A stretch of DNA of 64,000 nt, taken from NCBI RefSeq assembly GCF_036971445.1, contig NC_091478.1:88536001-88600000 (forward strand), read 5' to 3'. Source of the stretch: Narcine bancroftii (lineage: Eukaryota). A program made the position numbers and the translations under genes. Under the pieces are notes generated by a model that was not told the origin of the DNA, searched no databases, and saw nothing but the letters and a program-made list of their open reading frames with translations. This document shows positions 50,657 to 64,000 of this stretch, piece after piece. Every line of letters starts with the position of its first letter. The first letter of the stretch is position 1.

Positions 50657-52054
50657 AAAGTAACCCTACTTGTGGGTGTTGGATTTCCCAATGGCAGGGG
50701 TGGAGACTTCACTTGTACAGTGAAATGTTACAAAGGGGACTTTGGAGGAAACAAATTGGCTTCTTTGTATTTGCAATATTGATAATTTTGACAGTTATTA
50801 ATCAATTTTTTAGTGAAGCTTGTTTGAAAACCTGCCTTAGCCTCATTGTAGAGCTGACTTCATAATCCTGGCAAGAGATCAACAAATGATTCAAACCTTT
50901 AGAACCAAAACCCTGATTATAAAATAGATCTTACTGTTTTGTAGAATTAGGGTACAAACAGGAGGCAAAAGAGGTATGGCTTATTTAAAAAGAAAATTAA
51001 AAATCCAGCTTTGCATTTCCTTCCTTCCTTCCTGAACACAGTCACGTTACAGAAATACAGTAAAACAAACATTACTCAACCAACCTTTCTGCTATCTGCA
51101 ATGCTATGAAGGCTGATAGGAATATTTTCCTTCCAAAACAGGTATGTGTTTTTTTTTAACATGGTTTATGGCAATTTTGCTAAGTCTTCCTTTAACCAGA
51201 CCTTTAGTTGCCAGCCAATGCTCACACAGATAAACTGTCCGGCCAGCGGAACCTTTAGTTTGGAGGAATGTTTCTGGCATCTTAAAATTATCTGAAACAG
51301 AAATAGTCCTTGTACTTTAAAATTAACTGTGGCCTTTGAGACAAGGTTGTGGTGGGGAAATTAAAGATCAGCATTTGTGACCTGATTACTTTCACTTCAA
51401 GTCAAAGAAATGTTTTGGCTTTGTTTTTGTGTCAGGAATGAAGGATGGGGATATTTTATTAACAAACTTTATGATTAGAAAATATCTTTCATTTAAGAGA
51501 TGATCTCACAGAAGAGATCATTTGTTAATGCGATACCGAAAGAGAGCTAAGTTAAGGTTTGGTTAGATACATTGTTGGAGTAGGGCATTTCATCATAAAT
51601 ACGCCCTTCAGTCCAAATATAATATGCCTTGCCATGAACTGGAAGTGAGAAAAAGGAGAGGAATGACAAAAAAACAAATATAAACCTCCTATGTCATGGC
51701 AATTCTACGATGGAGAGTGATCGTAATCGAGACCAGGTACACAAGGAAGGAGAACAAAATGCAGATTAAATGCAAGATAAATGAGACAGAAAGTTTTTAA
51801 AAAATTAAATATCCAGATGAATTTTTGACAGATAGGAGAGAAATTTCTCATTTTAAATTGTTCCTTCTTGAGCTGGAAATGTTCAGCGCCATTTATTAAT
51901 CACCATGACTATAATTTCTACTGCTGGGATGAGATCTGAATTTCTGCTAGTTGATGTGCAGATGTATCAGATTCTTGAGGTAAAATGGAGATGGTGTGTT
52001 CAAGGGAGCTATTATTTTAATGAGACAGGTTTTGAAGCAATGGATATAAAATTC

Positions 52055-53565
52055 CCTGAAAGTGGTCTCACAGGTGGAGAGGGTTGAGTAAAGAGAGCTT
52101 TTGGCATATTGGCCTGCAAAATCAAAGTGTTGAGTTAAAGAGTTGGGATGTTATGGTAAAGTTGTATAAGACATTGGTGAGACTAAATTTAGAGTATTGT
52201 GTGCAGTTTCGCTCACCTAACTACAGGAAAGATATCAATAAGTTAGAAAGAGGGCAGAGAAGATTTACTAGAATGTTGCCCAAACTTGAGGAACTGAGTA
52301 ACAGGGAAAGGATAAATCGGTTAGGACTTTATTCCCTGGAACAGAGAAGAAAGCAGGTCGATTTGATAAAGGTATTTAAAATTGTGATGGCGGTAGACAG
52401 AGTAAATGTCAGCTTTTTTTTCCATTGCACGAGCCCCCGTTTTAGAAAAATGGGATTATCACTAAGGGATAGCATAAACAGGAAGAATCGAATGGTCATT
52501 GTTAACATTTCACACAAGCACCATCACAAGTCACACCCCAGCAACAATTAGATACATTGGAAGAAATGAGGGACAGCTTGTCACAGTCTGTTCCAGATTC
52601 AATACATTTGCAAAGATATTGTGATTTTGCAAGGGAGAGCCATTCTGACTGCTGAAGAGAAAACAGCTTTTTGAAGCAGCTCGTGTGGCCAGCCATTTTT
52701 GTGGAATTCAGAGCAAAGCATACTCTGAATGAATGACTGGGCCTTTTTGGTGGATTGACCTGTTGCAGGAGGGTCTTTTTGGAGGCAAAGTGCTTTATTT
52801 TGATTGTGACTAACAGTGAAGGTAGCTTGAAGAAACCGGTGCCAGGGTCTCGGAAGCTCCGTGGAGACTGCCCAGTTTGAGTCTTGCCTACAAAAGGACC
52901 AGGAGTGTTATGACCACAGCTCATGAGGATGGACATTTATTCAAAGACAATGCAAGAAGAATTCGTGAGTCTGTAGCAGCGACAACTCCGGTCTTCAACA
53001 TTAATTCTGGGCCTCAATTTCAAAGGCCGATGCTTCAACACTGAATTTGAAAGACTGAACTTTGAAGTATGCTCTAGATTTTGGCCTGGACTGTAATGGT
53101 TTGAGTATATCACACGCACTATTACACCTGCACATAGCTGGGGATAGATTTGTGTTAAGGATAGTTTAAAAGTTAAGACTATAGTTTAAGAGTTAGAAAT
53201 AAAATTAGTGTTTTAAAATGAAACACTGACTGGTTCATTGTCTATTACTGCTCATTACATGCGGTTCCTAACAGTAGGTAAGATATAAACCAGAGGACAT
53301 TAGTTAAGGGTGAAAGGGGAAAAGTTTAGGGGGAACTTGTTCACACAGAGAGGAGTGGTGGGAGTGTGGAACAAACTCTCAACTAAAGTAGTGAATGCAG
53401 GCTCAATTTTAACACTTAAAAAGAATTTGGACAGATACGCAGATGGGAGAGGTATGGGGGGGCTATGGACTGGGCGCAGGTTAGTGGGATTGGGCAAAAA
53501 AAAAGGTCCCGCATGGACTCAAAGGGCCAATGGGGTCTATTTCTGTGCTGTAATGTTCTCTGGTT
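52055..53565 (+). mobile_element. CR1 3' fragment split by an LTR-like insertion (about 52426-53273)
   Basis: KLYKTLVRLNLEYCVQF lies before the insertion and KGEKFRGNLFTQR after it. The insert begins TG and ends TAACA, with no clear TSD. Confidence 0.65.
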
Positions 53566-54013
53566 CTGTGGAAGCTGACCACTACATTCTTGAGATTTTC
53601 AATTGATCATCCAGCTCTTGAACTTTCTGTCAATTGATGCATTCGTTGCCATCCAAGCTTCATGATCTCACTCCTTTTTTTTTCTGGAAAGAGTTAGCTC
53701 AACAGTTTTTTTAAATTTATGGATATGACGCAGTAATAGCCCATGCCACTCAAATATACCCACGTGACTAAATAACCTACCAACCCTGTTCATCTTTGGA
53801 ATGTAGGAGGAAATCCACGTAGGTTTGAACCTGGGACACTGACACTGTAATAGCTTTGCACTAACCTCTACACTAACCATGCCACCCATAAAGAGGTGAA
53901 TTTCCTTGGAACTTATTTCATGGGTTAGATCACCTTGTGTTCATTCCCAGTTCTAGCACTGTGCCATATAACAGTTAAACTGGCTCCACTGCACAAATTG
54001 TGCTCCAGGTGAC

Positions 54014-57000
54014 TGTGGTGAATGACTGCCAAGCTGCCTGTCTCCCCTCTGGCGAACCTTGCTGTACTAACATTGGCTGTGCATTATCTCTACTGTTAAG
54101 GACACTCCCCTTGGGTATAACTGCGTATGCACCTATTGTCTTTCATTATTGTACCATGAGTTTCTGCTAATAAAAGCCATGATTATTGTTTGACCACATC
54201 GTCTTTGTCTACTTCATCAACTGGCACTTCAATTTTATTAGCAGAAATGGATGCAGCACTCAAGCCAGAGCAGTTGATAATCGACCAGTCTGCCCCAAGG
54301 GCCAGAGAAATTTTCAACCACTGGATTGCTTGTTTTGATTACTACATGGCTCGAAACAACATGATCGACGAGGGGCCACCTGAACTCTCTGCTGGGTGAG
54401 GTCCCTTTTGCTGTAACGCAAGGAGTTACCACTCTGGCTATAGCCCGGGAACGTCTGACTGCATACTATGAAGTGCCACGGAATGTGGTGCTTGCTCAAC
54501 ACCAGTTGCTGACTAGACGCCAGAAACCTGGGGAAAGTGATGCTGCCTATGCACTGGCCCTCGACTCGCTGGCAAATGAATGTGATGTCAGGGCAGTCAA
54601 TGTGCAACACCGCAATGCCTTGAAGCTGGATGCTTTTGTCAACGGGATTTACTCCAGTTAGATCCGACAGAGGCTGCTGGAGACAAACCCTTTAACCTTC
54701 GACTGGGCAGTCACTCTAGCCAAAAAACAGAGAAGTGCCATGCGGTCCAGTGAAGTGCTATAAACCGAAAAGGAAACATCCAGGAGTGCTTGAACCCCAA
54801 AAGAAAGAAAAGGGTGAATTCCTAAAAAATGCTACTTCTGTGATAAGAGCTGGCACCCCAGACATAAGTGCCCAGCTCGATTTGCTCCATGCAGCTGTTG
54901 TGGGAAACTCGGCCACTTCGCTAAAGCGTGTAAGGCGAAAAGTACTCCCACTGATAAGAAGAGAAGCACCAAGTAAATGCAACCTGGAGCTGCAGGAATG
55001 GAAGACAACTGTGAAAAAGGGGGAATCTTCAGACGAGCAGGGTGAATCGACTTCAAGTAACGGCGAGGTGAGATCCCCTGTGATAGCTCAATTGACTGTA
55101 AAGCTTAGGGGATGTTACGGACTGGAATGGTCAACTATGAAGGGGGAGGTGAATGGTAAGACTCTTGATTATCTAATAGATTCGGGGAGTACTAACAGCT
55201 ACATCCAAGAGAAAGTTGCCAGAGCCTTAAATTTGCGGAGATATCCAGTGAACCGAAAGATATCGATGGCTTGAGGTGAACTTACAAAAACTGTATGCGA
55301 CAAGCGTAAAGTTACTTTAAATTTGCAGAGACATTGCCTTGCTGATGTGTGGCTCTTTATTATGCCGGAGCTCTGCACCCCTGTGTTACTGGGGTTAGAT
55401 ATTCAATCTCAGATGAACAGTGTCGTGTTAAATTTCGGTGGGCCACTACTATCCCCCACGCTAGTTACTGCAGTCTGTCTGCATTAAAGATCAAAGCTCC
55501 TTCCCTTTTCAGTGATTTATCCCCTGAATGTCAGCCGATTGCCACTAAGAGCCGTTCTTACAGCAAAGAGGATTGTGAGTTTATCAAAGCGGAGACGCAG
55601 AGACTGCTTAAAGAGGGAGTAATTGAACCTAGTAAGAGTCCATGGCGGGCCCAAGTGATAGTCATGAAAAATCACACTAAGAGACGACTGGCTATTGATC
55701 ACAGCCAGATGATCAACCGTTACACTAACCTGGATGCCTAGCCCCTGCCACGGATCAATGAAATGATTAATCAGATAGCGCAATACAAAGTGTACTCCAC
55801 TATCGACCTCAAAGCAGCTTATCACCAAATCCCCATTAAGAAAAGGGAACGGCCCTTTACGGCTTTTGAGGCTGATGGGGGTGGGGGGGTTATACCAGTT
55901 TAAAAGGGTACCTTTGGGGGTCACTAATGGTGTGTCCGTGTTTCAGAGGGAAATGAATAAGATTGTTAGAACGTATGAGTTACAGGGTACGTTTCCCGAT
56001 CTGGATAATGTCACTATCTGTGGGAAAACACAGACTAAGCACGACAACAACTTAAAGAAATTTTTAGCAACAGCTAAAGAACTCAACCTTATATTTAACG
56101 AGGGCGAATGTGTGTTCAACGCGACAGAGCTACCCATTCTGGGCTACATTGTCCGCAAGGGTGAAATCTGCCCCGACCCGGAAAGAATGGCCCCCCTTAA
56201 GAAGTTACAACCCCCAGACTCAGCAAAAGCCCTTAAAAGGTGTATGGGATTCTTTTCCTACTACTGCAAATGGGTTCAGGACTACGCCACGAAGTCACGC
56301 CCTCTGTTTGACACTAAATTTTTTCCTCTCTCTCCAATGGCCTTGAAGGCTTTCGAGAGAATTAAAGCCGATATTGCCAAAGCTGCACTCTCACCTATTG
56401 ATGAGGATATCCCATTCCAAGTGGAAACTGATGCCTCAGATTGTGCCTTGGCAGGAACCCTCAATCAAAAGGGCAGACCTGTGGCATTCTTCTCCCGCAC
56501 GTCACGTGGACCTGAACTTAAACATCCTGCCATTGAAAAAGAAGGCCAGGCTATTATTGAAGCTGTTCACCACTGGAGACACTTTCTAGCCAGCAGAAAA
56601 TTTACTCTTGTCACTGATCAGAAATCTGTAGCCTACATGTTCAGTACTAAACACAAAAGTAAAATCAAGAACGATAAGATGGCACGCTGGCGAATAGAAC
56701 TCTCAACTTATAATTATGAGATCCAGTACAGACCGGGCAGGTTAAATGATCCCTCTGACGCATTGTCACGATCTGCTGCTGGTGCTCAGCTGGAGGGGCT
56801 AAAAGAGATCCATACCAGACTGTGCCACCCAGGGGTCATGAGGTTCTTCCACTACATAAGGGCTAACAACCTTCCTTACTCTCTGGAAGAAGTCAGGAAA
56901 CTGACTAAAAGCTGTCCTGTTTGCGCAGAATGCAACCGCAATACTTCAAAGCTCTGGAGGCCACTCTTATCAAGGCAACGCGACCTTTTGAGAGGATTAG

Positions 57001-58300
57001 CATAGATTTTAAAGGACCGTTACCTTCCAACAACAAAAATGTATATTTCCTTACTGTAATTGACGAATATTCCAGGTTTCCCTTTGCGATACCCTGCCCT
57101 GACATCTCATCAGCATCTGTCATTAAGTCACTTGAGAGAATTTTCAGCATTTTTGGTTTTCCCAGTTACATTCATACCGATAGGGGCTCAGCATTCATGA
57201 GCGCTGAACTGCGGCGAGCCCTGCTACGGAAGGGGATTGCCACCAGCTGTATTACCATACTCCGAGCTACAACCCGCAGGGCAATGGGCAGGTCGAAAGG
57301 GCTAATGCTACAGTCTGGAAGACTGTTAATCTTGCTTTAAAAACACATGGTTACCCTGTTACCCGGTGGCAGGAGGTGCTGCCTGAGGTGCTACATTCTA
57401 TTCGGTCATTATTGTGTACTGCAACAAATCAAACACCTCATGAATGTATGTTTGCCTTTCCTAGGAAATCAGGAACTGTGATGGACTGGCCAACCTGTTT
57501 ATCTGAGCCTGGTACCGTGTTGCTGAAGAGCCATGCTTGGGCGCGTAAAACAGACCCCCTAGTCCAACCAGTTCAGCTACTGCATACCAACCCCAACTAC
57601 GTTCATATTAAATTCCCAGACGGGAGTACTGACACTGTACCCCTAAGAGATCTGGCCTCGCCTGGTTCGCCCCTTCCTCACACCCCTACTCAGAGTGAGC
57701 CTGAGAGATTGGGCTCATCCCCCCAGCCTGTGACCCCTAGTAAGCTTTTAGATGGCCATGCTGAGGCTTCACTGCCTCACGCTGGCGATTCTGGAGCGGG
57801 TCCAGAAGTCAATCCTTTCCACACTACAGACCCAGGAACTGTATCAGTTCCCAAGGTTGCAAAGGAGCTGCCTGTTTTGAGAAGCACCAGAATTCGTAAA
57901 CAACCTAATAGGCTGACATATTCATAAAACATCTCATTATATTTCGATTGCTTGCTAGATACTGGCGTATTTTGGCTATTAGAGTATTCTCAATACCAAA
58001 CATCGTATCCATGTAACGCTTGCTTCAGTCTTTCCTAGCCACTGTTCTTTTGATTTTAACCCTTCTTCTGCCAGGGGGAGACTGTAGTGAATGTCTGTCA
58101 AGCTGCCTGTCTCCCTTCTGGCGAGCCTTGCTGTACTAACATTGGCTGTGCATTATCTCTACTGTTAAGGACGCTCCCTTTAGGTATAACTGCGTATGCA
58201 CCTATTGTCTTTCATTATTGTACCATGAGTTTCTGCTAATAAAAGCCATGATTATTGTTTGACCACATCGTCTTTGTCTACTTCATCAACTGGCACTTCA
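54014..58300 (+). mobile_element. Full-length Ty3/Gypsy LTR retrotransposon (gag, PR, RT, RNase H, IN) with frameshifts and stops
   Basis: 218-bp LTRs at 54014-54231 and 58083-58300, perfect 5-bp TSD GTGAC, PPT agggggagac. Motifs LIDSGST, VETDASD, LCHPG..CPVCAEC, IDFKGP and HTDRGSAF. Confidence 0.96.
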
Positions 58301-59261
58301 GTGACATTGTGGGGAGAAACAAACTGTTGTGTGGAAACTAGACCATTGGATGATACACCCCCATCCTTGATGGGTTTTGAGGTGCTTTTAAGTGTTCCTA
58401 AAAAGTTCAAGGGGGGTTAAAAGTTGAATATAAATTAAAGTATACATTTTTGAAATAAATATTAATTCATAAAATATATTTCTGTTAAGTCAAATAAATC
58501 AACCACTTTCCCACCAGGTCAGTAGATCACTCTGTGTGGCTGGTAGTAAACTGATGGGTCAGATACAAAGTGTTTCCCACATCCTTGACTCTGCTGGAAT
58601 GAGCTCCAGTGCAGGTTAAGCAGCAGGAGATCAGAAGCCTCGGCCATTCCCTGTCAGAAGACAGGAACACTCTGGCCTACACTTCGCTGTCTGCCTGCAT
58701 TATCAAGGTGCAGCTGTACCAGAAGTCCTTGACTTGATGGTGAGACTAATGAAAATGTTTACTCACATCTACTTTCTATGCTATTGATTGGTGTTGTAAA
58801 TGCACAGAGCAGTATAAAGTAGCAGAACAAGAACACAGGACAGTGTACGGTGTCAGGGTGAAAAGATCTTTTAGGATATTACAAAGGCAGCACATGAGTA
58901 TCGGCAAGAATCTAATTGCAAGATTTGTTGATGTAGTTGATGGGCAATAAATTACACTGCATTTCTGATTATAGAATTATAAATATAATTTCAACAGCTT
59001 ACAGTAGCTGTACATTCCCATCTGGGAATATTATACAGTAAATATACTGCATGATTCTTATGGGAAATCTGGAACCTCATAAAAATGATAAATACTGAGC
59101 AAGCTTTTCATCCTACAGTGTGAAGGGAGGGAAGTTTAGGGGACACATCAGTGGTCAGTTTTTTTTTTACACAGAGTTGTGGGGTGGTGGTGGAAGCTGA
59201 AACATTTGGGGCATTTAAGAGACTTAGACAGGAAAATAGAGGGTTACGTGGTATGGAGGGT

Positions 59262-60117
59262 CATAGGTATATCTAGGGTATGGCAGGTGGGGCAGAGAAC
59301 AAGGGTGCCACTTGCAGGGGGCGCCATTGTCCTTGCCTTACCTGCCCAATATCTGAGTCCCCAGCCCATTAATTAATATCCATCCCAGGGGTAAAATGCT
59401 GCACTGTCAATGCTCACTTGAGCACCCCGAAGTGCCGTTCCTGGCCGGCATCTCATCGGGCTGCTTTGGGGCCGCTCCAGCACGCAAGCGGCACCTGGAG
59501 GCGGTTCAATATGGAATCAGTGAGGAAAACAATGGCCATCTTCCCTATCCATAATCCCCCACGCAGCTGGAACTACCCTGCAAGCGCAAGCCAGGGAAAA
59601 ACTGAGCAGTTCCGGCTGCATAGGGTAGGGAAGACAGCCATTTTTCCCATTGAGCCACTGGCACTGACGAGCAGCCCTGAAGGCCAAAGTGGCCCAGTAA
59701 GGTGCTGGAGGCCAGGCAGCCGGCGGGGCTGTCACAGCCCGCTCCGGCCACCCCGTGCCAGCTGCCAGCCCCTGCCAACATGACGCCCCCTGACGGCCCC
59801 TGCCGACAGCCCGCCTTGGCCGCCTGCGGAGATTTTCCAATTAATACTTTGCCAAATAAATAATCTGTGAACTGATGGATGTTATTGTTATTCATTTATT
59901 TAGACATAGCATCACTTAAAAATAAGAAGTACTCATTGATGTTTTATTTAATGGAACGACAAACTGAACAAAGTATTTCAAAGTATAGAATAAAAACCTA
60001 ACTAAATAGATTACTTCGTAGAGTGTGTGGTGGCAGTTGTTGGTGCAGTTTTTTTAATGAGGGGGCGCAAATCTCAGTGACAGTCCTAGGGTGCCACTTG
60101 ACCGAGATACGCCACTG
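59262..60117. mobile_element. hAT-like non-autonomous element inserted in a CR1 3' UTR
   Basis: Right TIR gagatacgccactg and degenerate left TIR cataggtatatctag. Flanks ggagggt and ggaagggt resemble an 8-bp TSD. The CR1 tail continues on both sides. Confidence 0.6.
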
Positions 60118-63100
60118 GGAAGGGTTTAGTACTTTTTTTAAAGGAATATATGGGTCAGCACAACATTGAGGGCCGAAGGGCCTGTACTGTGCTGTCGTGT
60201 TCCATTTTCTATTTCTATTACAAAGTTTTGCATGAAACGTGCAAGTTTATTAACTTTTGATCAGCTGGCTTGCTCATCTGCCCTTAGCAGCGTACTATAG
60301 ATGAAATTTACTCACTGGTTTTTACTGGCTCTGACTTAGTTTAACTTTTCCATTCGATAGGGAGTCAGTGGACCCTTTCAAATCGCCATGTAACTGGGTC
60401 ACTAATTGTGCAAATTGCCCAGTTTACCCCATTTTACATAGCAGTTTGAAAGGGCCTAGTGTTACGCATTGCATAGCCTGGTATACCCAGTCACCCACTT
60501 TGATGTTTGAGAGACTCATAGACAGACATATGGATGAAAGAAAAATAGAGAGTTATGAGGTAGGAAGGATTTAGTATTGTTTTTGTAGGAATATATAGGT
60601 CGGCACAACTTTGAGGGCAAAGGATCTGTAGTGTTCTATAATGTGAGGTTTTGCGCTGAGAGAATAAAGCTTGAATCATTTGGAATACATGGTCAAAATG
60701 TTAGCTCTGAAATTAATCCTTCATGTAAAAACCTAGCTGTATTCAAAGCAGTGTTCCCTCCCAGATGATCCCATGACAGTCTCTTTCTTTGAGCCAGAGA
60801 TTTCCTGCTTCTCATATTTCCAATCCTGTTTATCATCTGAATGTGCAGTAAAAAGCAATGCTTGCAATCATGAAGGTGGCAACCAGCCAACAAGTACACC
60901 AGAGCCTGATCCGTAAAGGAGATGGGAATAAACAGCAATTATCAGTGGAGACTGGAAACACTCCTTTCTGCTCCACCTTTAGCTTTGGAAGATCATTCTT
61001 GGCAGCAGATGTTGATTTGGCAGCAACTCCTTTAAAATCAGGAACCAACATGCTTTGTTCTCAGCATTTAGAAGCCACACTGAGCTACCTCTGTGATAAC
61101 AGAAAATGCCAAAGTAGGTTCTTTAACAGCCGCTTTTGCATGAAAATCAAGTACCGTGAACACAATGCAGTTTCTAAATCTCTCTGGTTTCATTCTGCAT
61201 TCTTGGCAGGAACTGCCTTTCATTGAACTCCTGTGATTAAATCAATTGGACAGAGTCCACGCCCTGCATCTTTCAGCTGTTGCCCTTTTCCAGTGATTTC
61301 CTCATCCTGAAATTAAAGGGAGAAACTACAGGCCTGTTGCACCTGCACCAGGACAGATTAATCGTTAATGGATGAGTGAGCTGACTCATTCAATGCAATA
61401 TCATCCTATTAACTAGCTTAAATCAAAGGCATCTCTTGAACATGATCTTTATCCAAGCTCTGGCCCTATCAATAAGTGACTGTCACTGTATTTTAATATC
61501 AAGCCAGTGGGATGAACCTACAATCACACTAGTTAAATGTAGGGAACTCATTCCATGCAGGTACAAACTTCAATCATAATATTAACTGGTAGTTCCAGTG
61601 GTGAAAATCTTGTTTTGTCATGTAAAAGCAATAAGAAAAGGTATCAGGATTCTGGGGTCCAGAGATAGAATCACTTGAAGCTTCTTAATACTTTCTCTGT
61701 GAAGTAAGGAGAAATAATATTTTTCATTCATGCCCAAAAAGAAAAGGTTTAACACTATACTCTAGCTTTCTTCCTTCTCTCCCAAATGATCCCATGATCA
61801 GAGATTTCTTGCCTTCCAAATTTCCAATCCTGTTTATCATCTGAATTCAACTCCTTTATCACCAAAATCACCTCCTTCCTCCACACCCCATCCCCATTTC
61901 TCACCCAAATCTCCACCTAGATGGAATTAGTTGAACCTGGCATCGTGGGCTGTTCTTGTTCTTCGCTGTTCAGTTCTCCATCCTGCTTGAGGAGATCTCA
62001 CCCAGCCTTTTGTCAGCCTTTAGAGCAGCTTTTGGAGATTGTCAAATCATTTCAAAAATCTTAAAGAAAGTATATTTTAACAACAGAACTTCTCTAATTT
62101 AACAAATAGTAATAGAATGTAGAATTTTTCTTGATTAAAATATCATGTAATAATTACTTATATATCATTCTATCTAGATAGTTAAACCTGAAAGTTAGAT
62201 TCTCCACCAGGGCATCCAAAATTTGCATAGCATTAACAAAAATATGCAGAACATAACTGGAATAACCAGTCTGGCAAAAAGGCTAATGACAGGCTTTGTC
62301 CAAAATTCAGCACGGCATCTCTTGGCAGGCAGGCTGGTATATTGACATTTGTTTTTCAGAAGACGGTGAAATCTGACTCAAACACATGAGACGCTTCTGC
62401 ACACGGAAGGAGGTCAGTGTATAGGACATACATTCTGGGTAGCTGAGACTATAGCAGAGGTAAGAGTCAAAGGTTCTTTACTGGTTAAAATTGTGAATGA
62501 GTGGCGATGTTTTTTTTCTCAGTCATTTGAATCTGTGACAGTGGACAGTGATTTGATGTGTGCAAAATAAAAAGGTTTCTTTCAACTTCACCTTCAGTAA
62601 CGAGACTCTGAGGAATCCTCACCTGGCTAACTGGGACTACATTAGATTCCAGGTACAATGGTTGTGGGGATGATGACGCTTTGATAAGCAGTGACGAGCA
62701 GGCCTGGGCACGCAGAGGAGCGAGATCAATTTGTACACAGATTATCAGACTTCAGCACCCAGCCGACACTAACCATACCATCAGTTGCCTTTTCCCAATT
62801 CAGTAAGGAACTGGTTGCAGTTCTGGCTAACCAATTCTTTCAATTTGGCTGTGACCAGGTGTTATGTTTTTCAAGTCAAGATAATTGTCATCTGATTGCA
62901 CAAGTATAACCCGACGAAACAGCGTTCTCTGGTCCTCAATGCAAAATATGCAGACAAACAACCAGACATAACACACATACAGACAAACAATACATATGCA
63001 GAACAAGTATTTCATCCATACAAATAAATAAACAGACAAATAGATAAATAAATAGAAGTCTTGGTTGGTTAGTGTGAGCAGGTTCTTTGGTCGTTCAGCA

Positions 63101-63149
63101 TTCTCACTACCTGTGGGAAGAAAGGAACAGCAATGTTCCTTTCTGCCAT

Positions 63150-64000
63150 TAGGAATCCACACTGGAGGAATTATGCGATGGAGTAGTGGCTGGTAGGAGA
63201 ATACCAGCCTTCTCCAGAAAAGAAGGAAAAAAGTGAAGAAAAAGCAAAGCCCCAGACACACAAATCACAGCAAATAAAAAATAAAGGTGTGGAGAAAATG
63301 GCACCTAAGAAAGAAAAGCCAAAAACAACGGGAAGAAAAGAAGAAAGAAAGACACCGGAAGAGAAAGGTGAAGGCCTTACCTGCACAAAAAAGCAGGGAC
63401 CCGCCGTGGAAAGAGGAGCCCGCTCCCCGAGGTTAGTGGAGATCCTGCAGGGTCGCAACCCACCGACCGCAGGACTGCAAAAATGGCTCATGGAGCCAAA
63501 CAGGGGTGCGCACGACGAGAACATCGACGGGAGGGGGGACCAGCTGTGAACTGAAACTCCACAGCATGAACAGCTGAGAAAGGCCCAACAGCAGGGCTCC
63601 CAGCTGGAAGATAAAGAAAGCAACGGGAACGGGAAGGGTGAGAAAGAAAAAAGGAAACTAGAGACACAACAGATAACCACCCCAGAAGAAAAGGACCAAC
63701 ATCAAGAAACCTTGGAAAAAAAAATACCCAACAAACTGAGACAAGTTTGTCTCAACTTGAGACAAGAAAGTCAGAAGAGACACAGATAGAAGGAAGAGAA
63801 ATAGAAGACACAAACCCAAGAGCAGACACAGAAGAAGTAGGAGAACACCAAGCTCTGCACAGAGGAATAGGAGGTAAAATGAATGGAGAGTACATAGATT
63901 AAAAAAATTTTCAAGAACAAATGAAAGCATTAAAAGAATGGCTAACACTAGAATTTAGTGAAATGAAAGGAAAAAATGAAAAGTACAGAAGAAAAAGTGA
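63150..64000 (+). mobile_element. Probable L1-clade LINE 5' UTR and ORF1 start (runs off the window)
   Basis: A-rich + strand, MAPKKEK.. start, and a Lys/Glu-rich coiled-coil-like reading at the window end. The diagnostic RRNN motif is not reached. Confidence 0.55.

Noticed and set aside
62827-63948. Hydrophobic minus-strand ORFs resembling membrane proteins
   Set aside because: They are antisense translations of A-rich LINE sequence.

Overview
This is eukaryotic, repeat-rich, intron-containing DNA. The CR1 elements with (TTCTATGT)n-type tails, Penelope remnants and RTE, L1 and Gmr1 repeats suggest a cartilaginous fish (inference only). The main content is one + strand multi-exon immune gene spanning about 1.3-33.4 kb, whose 12 exons I could join at canonical AG/GT sites without breaking frame. 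In order they are IgV (1327-1668), IgC1 (7602-7931), transmembrane (9792-9899), a second atypical C1-like Ig domain (10599-11027), CARD (12756-13190), FISNA-like plus NACHT/HD1/WH/HD2 (17860-19585), five 84-87 nt LRR exons, and a terminal exon with the stop at 33418-33420. The predicted product is about 1292 aa plus a leader exon that would lie upstream of the window. It would be a type I membrane protein with a B7-H6/tapasin-like ectodomain fused to a complete cytoplasmic NOD-like receptor. That fusion is inferred from splice-phase compatibility and needs transcript evidence. The introns and the whole right half are filled with transposable elements: L1, CR1, RTE, Penelope, a Gmr1-like Gypsy, a two-LTR Gypsy with a possible self-priming site, a Harbinger, MITEs and solo LTRs.
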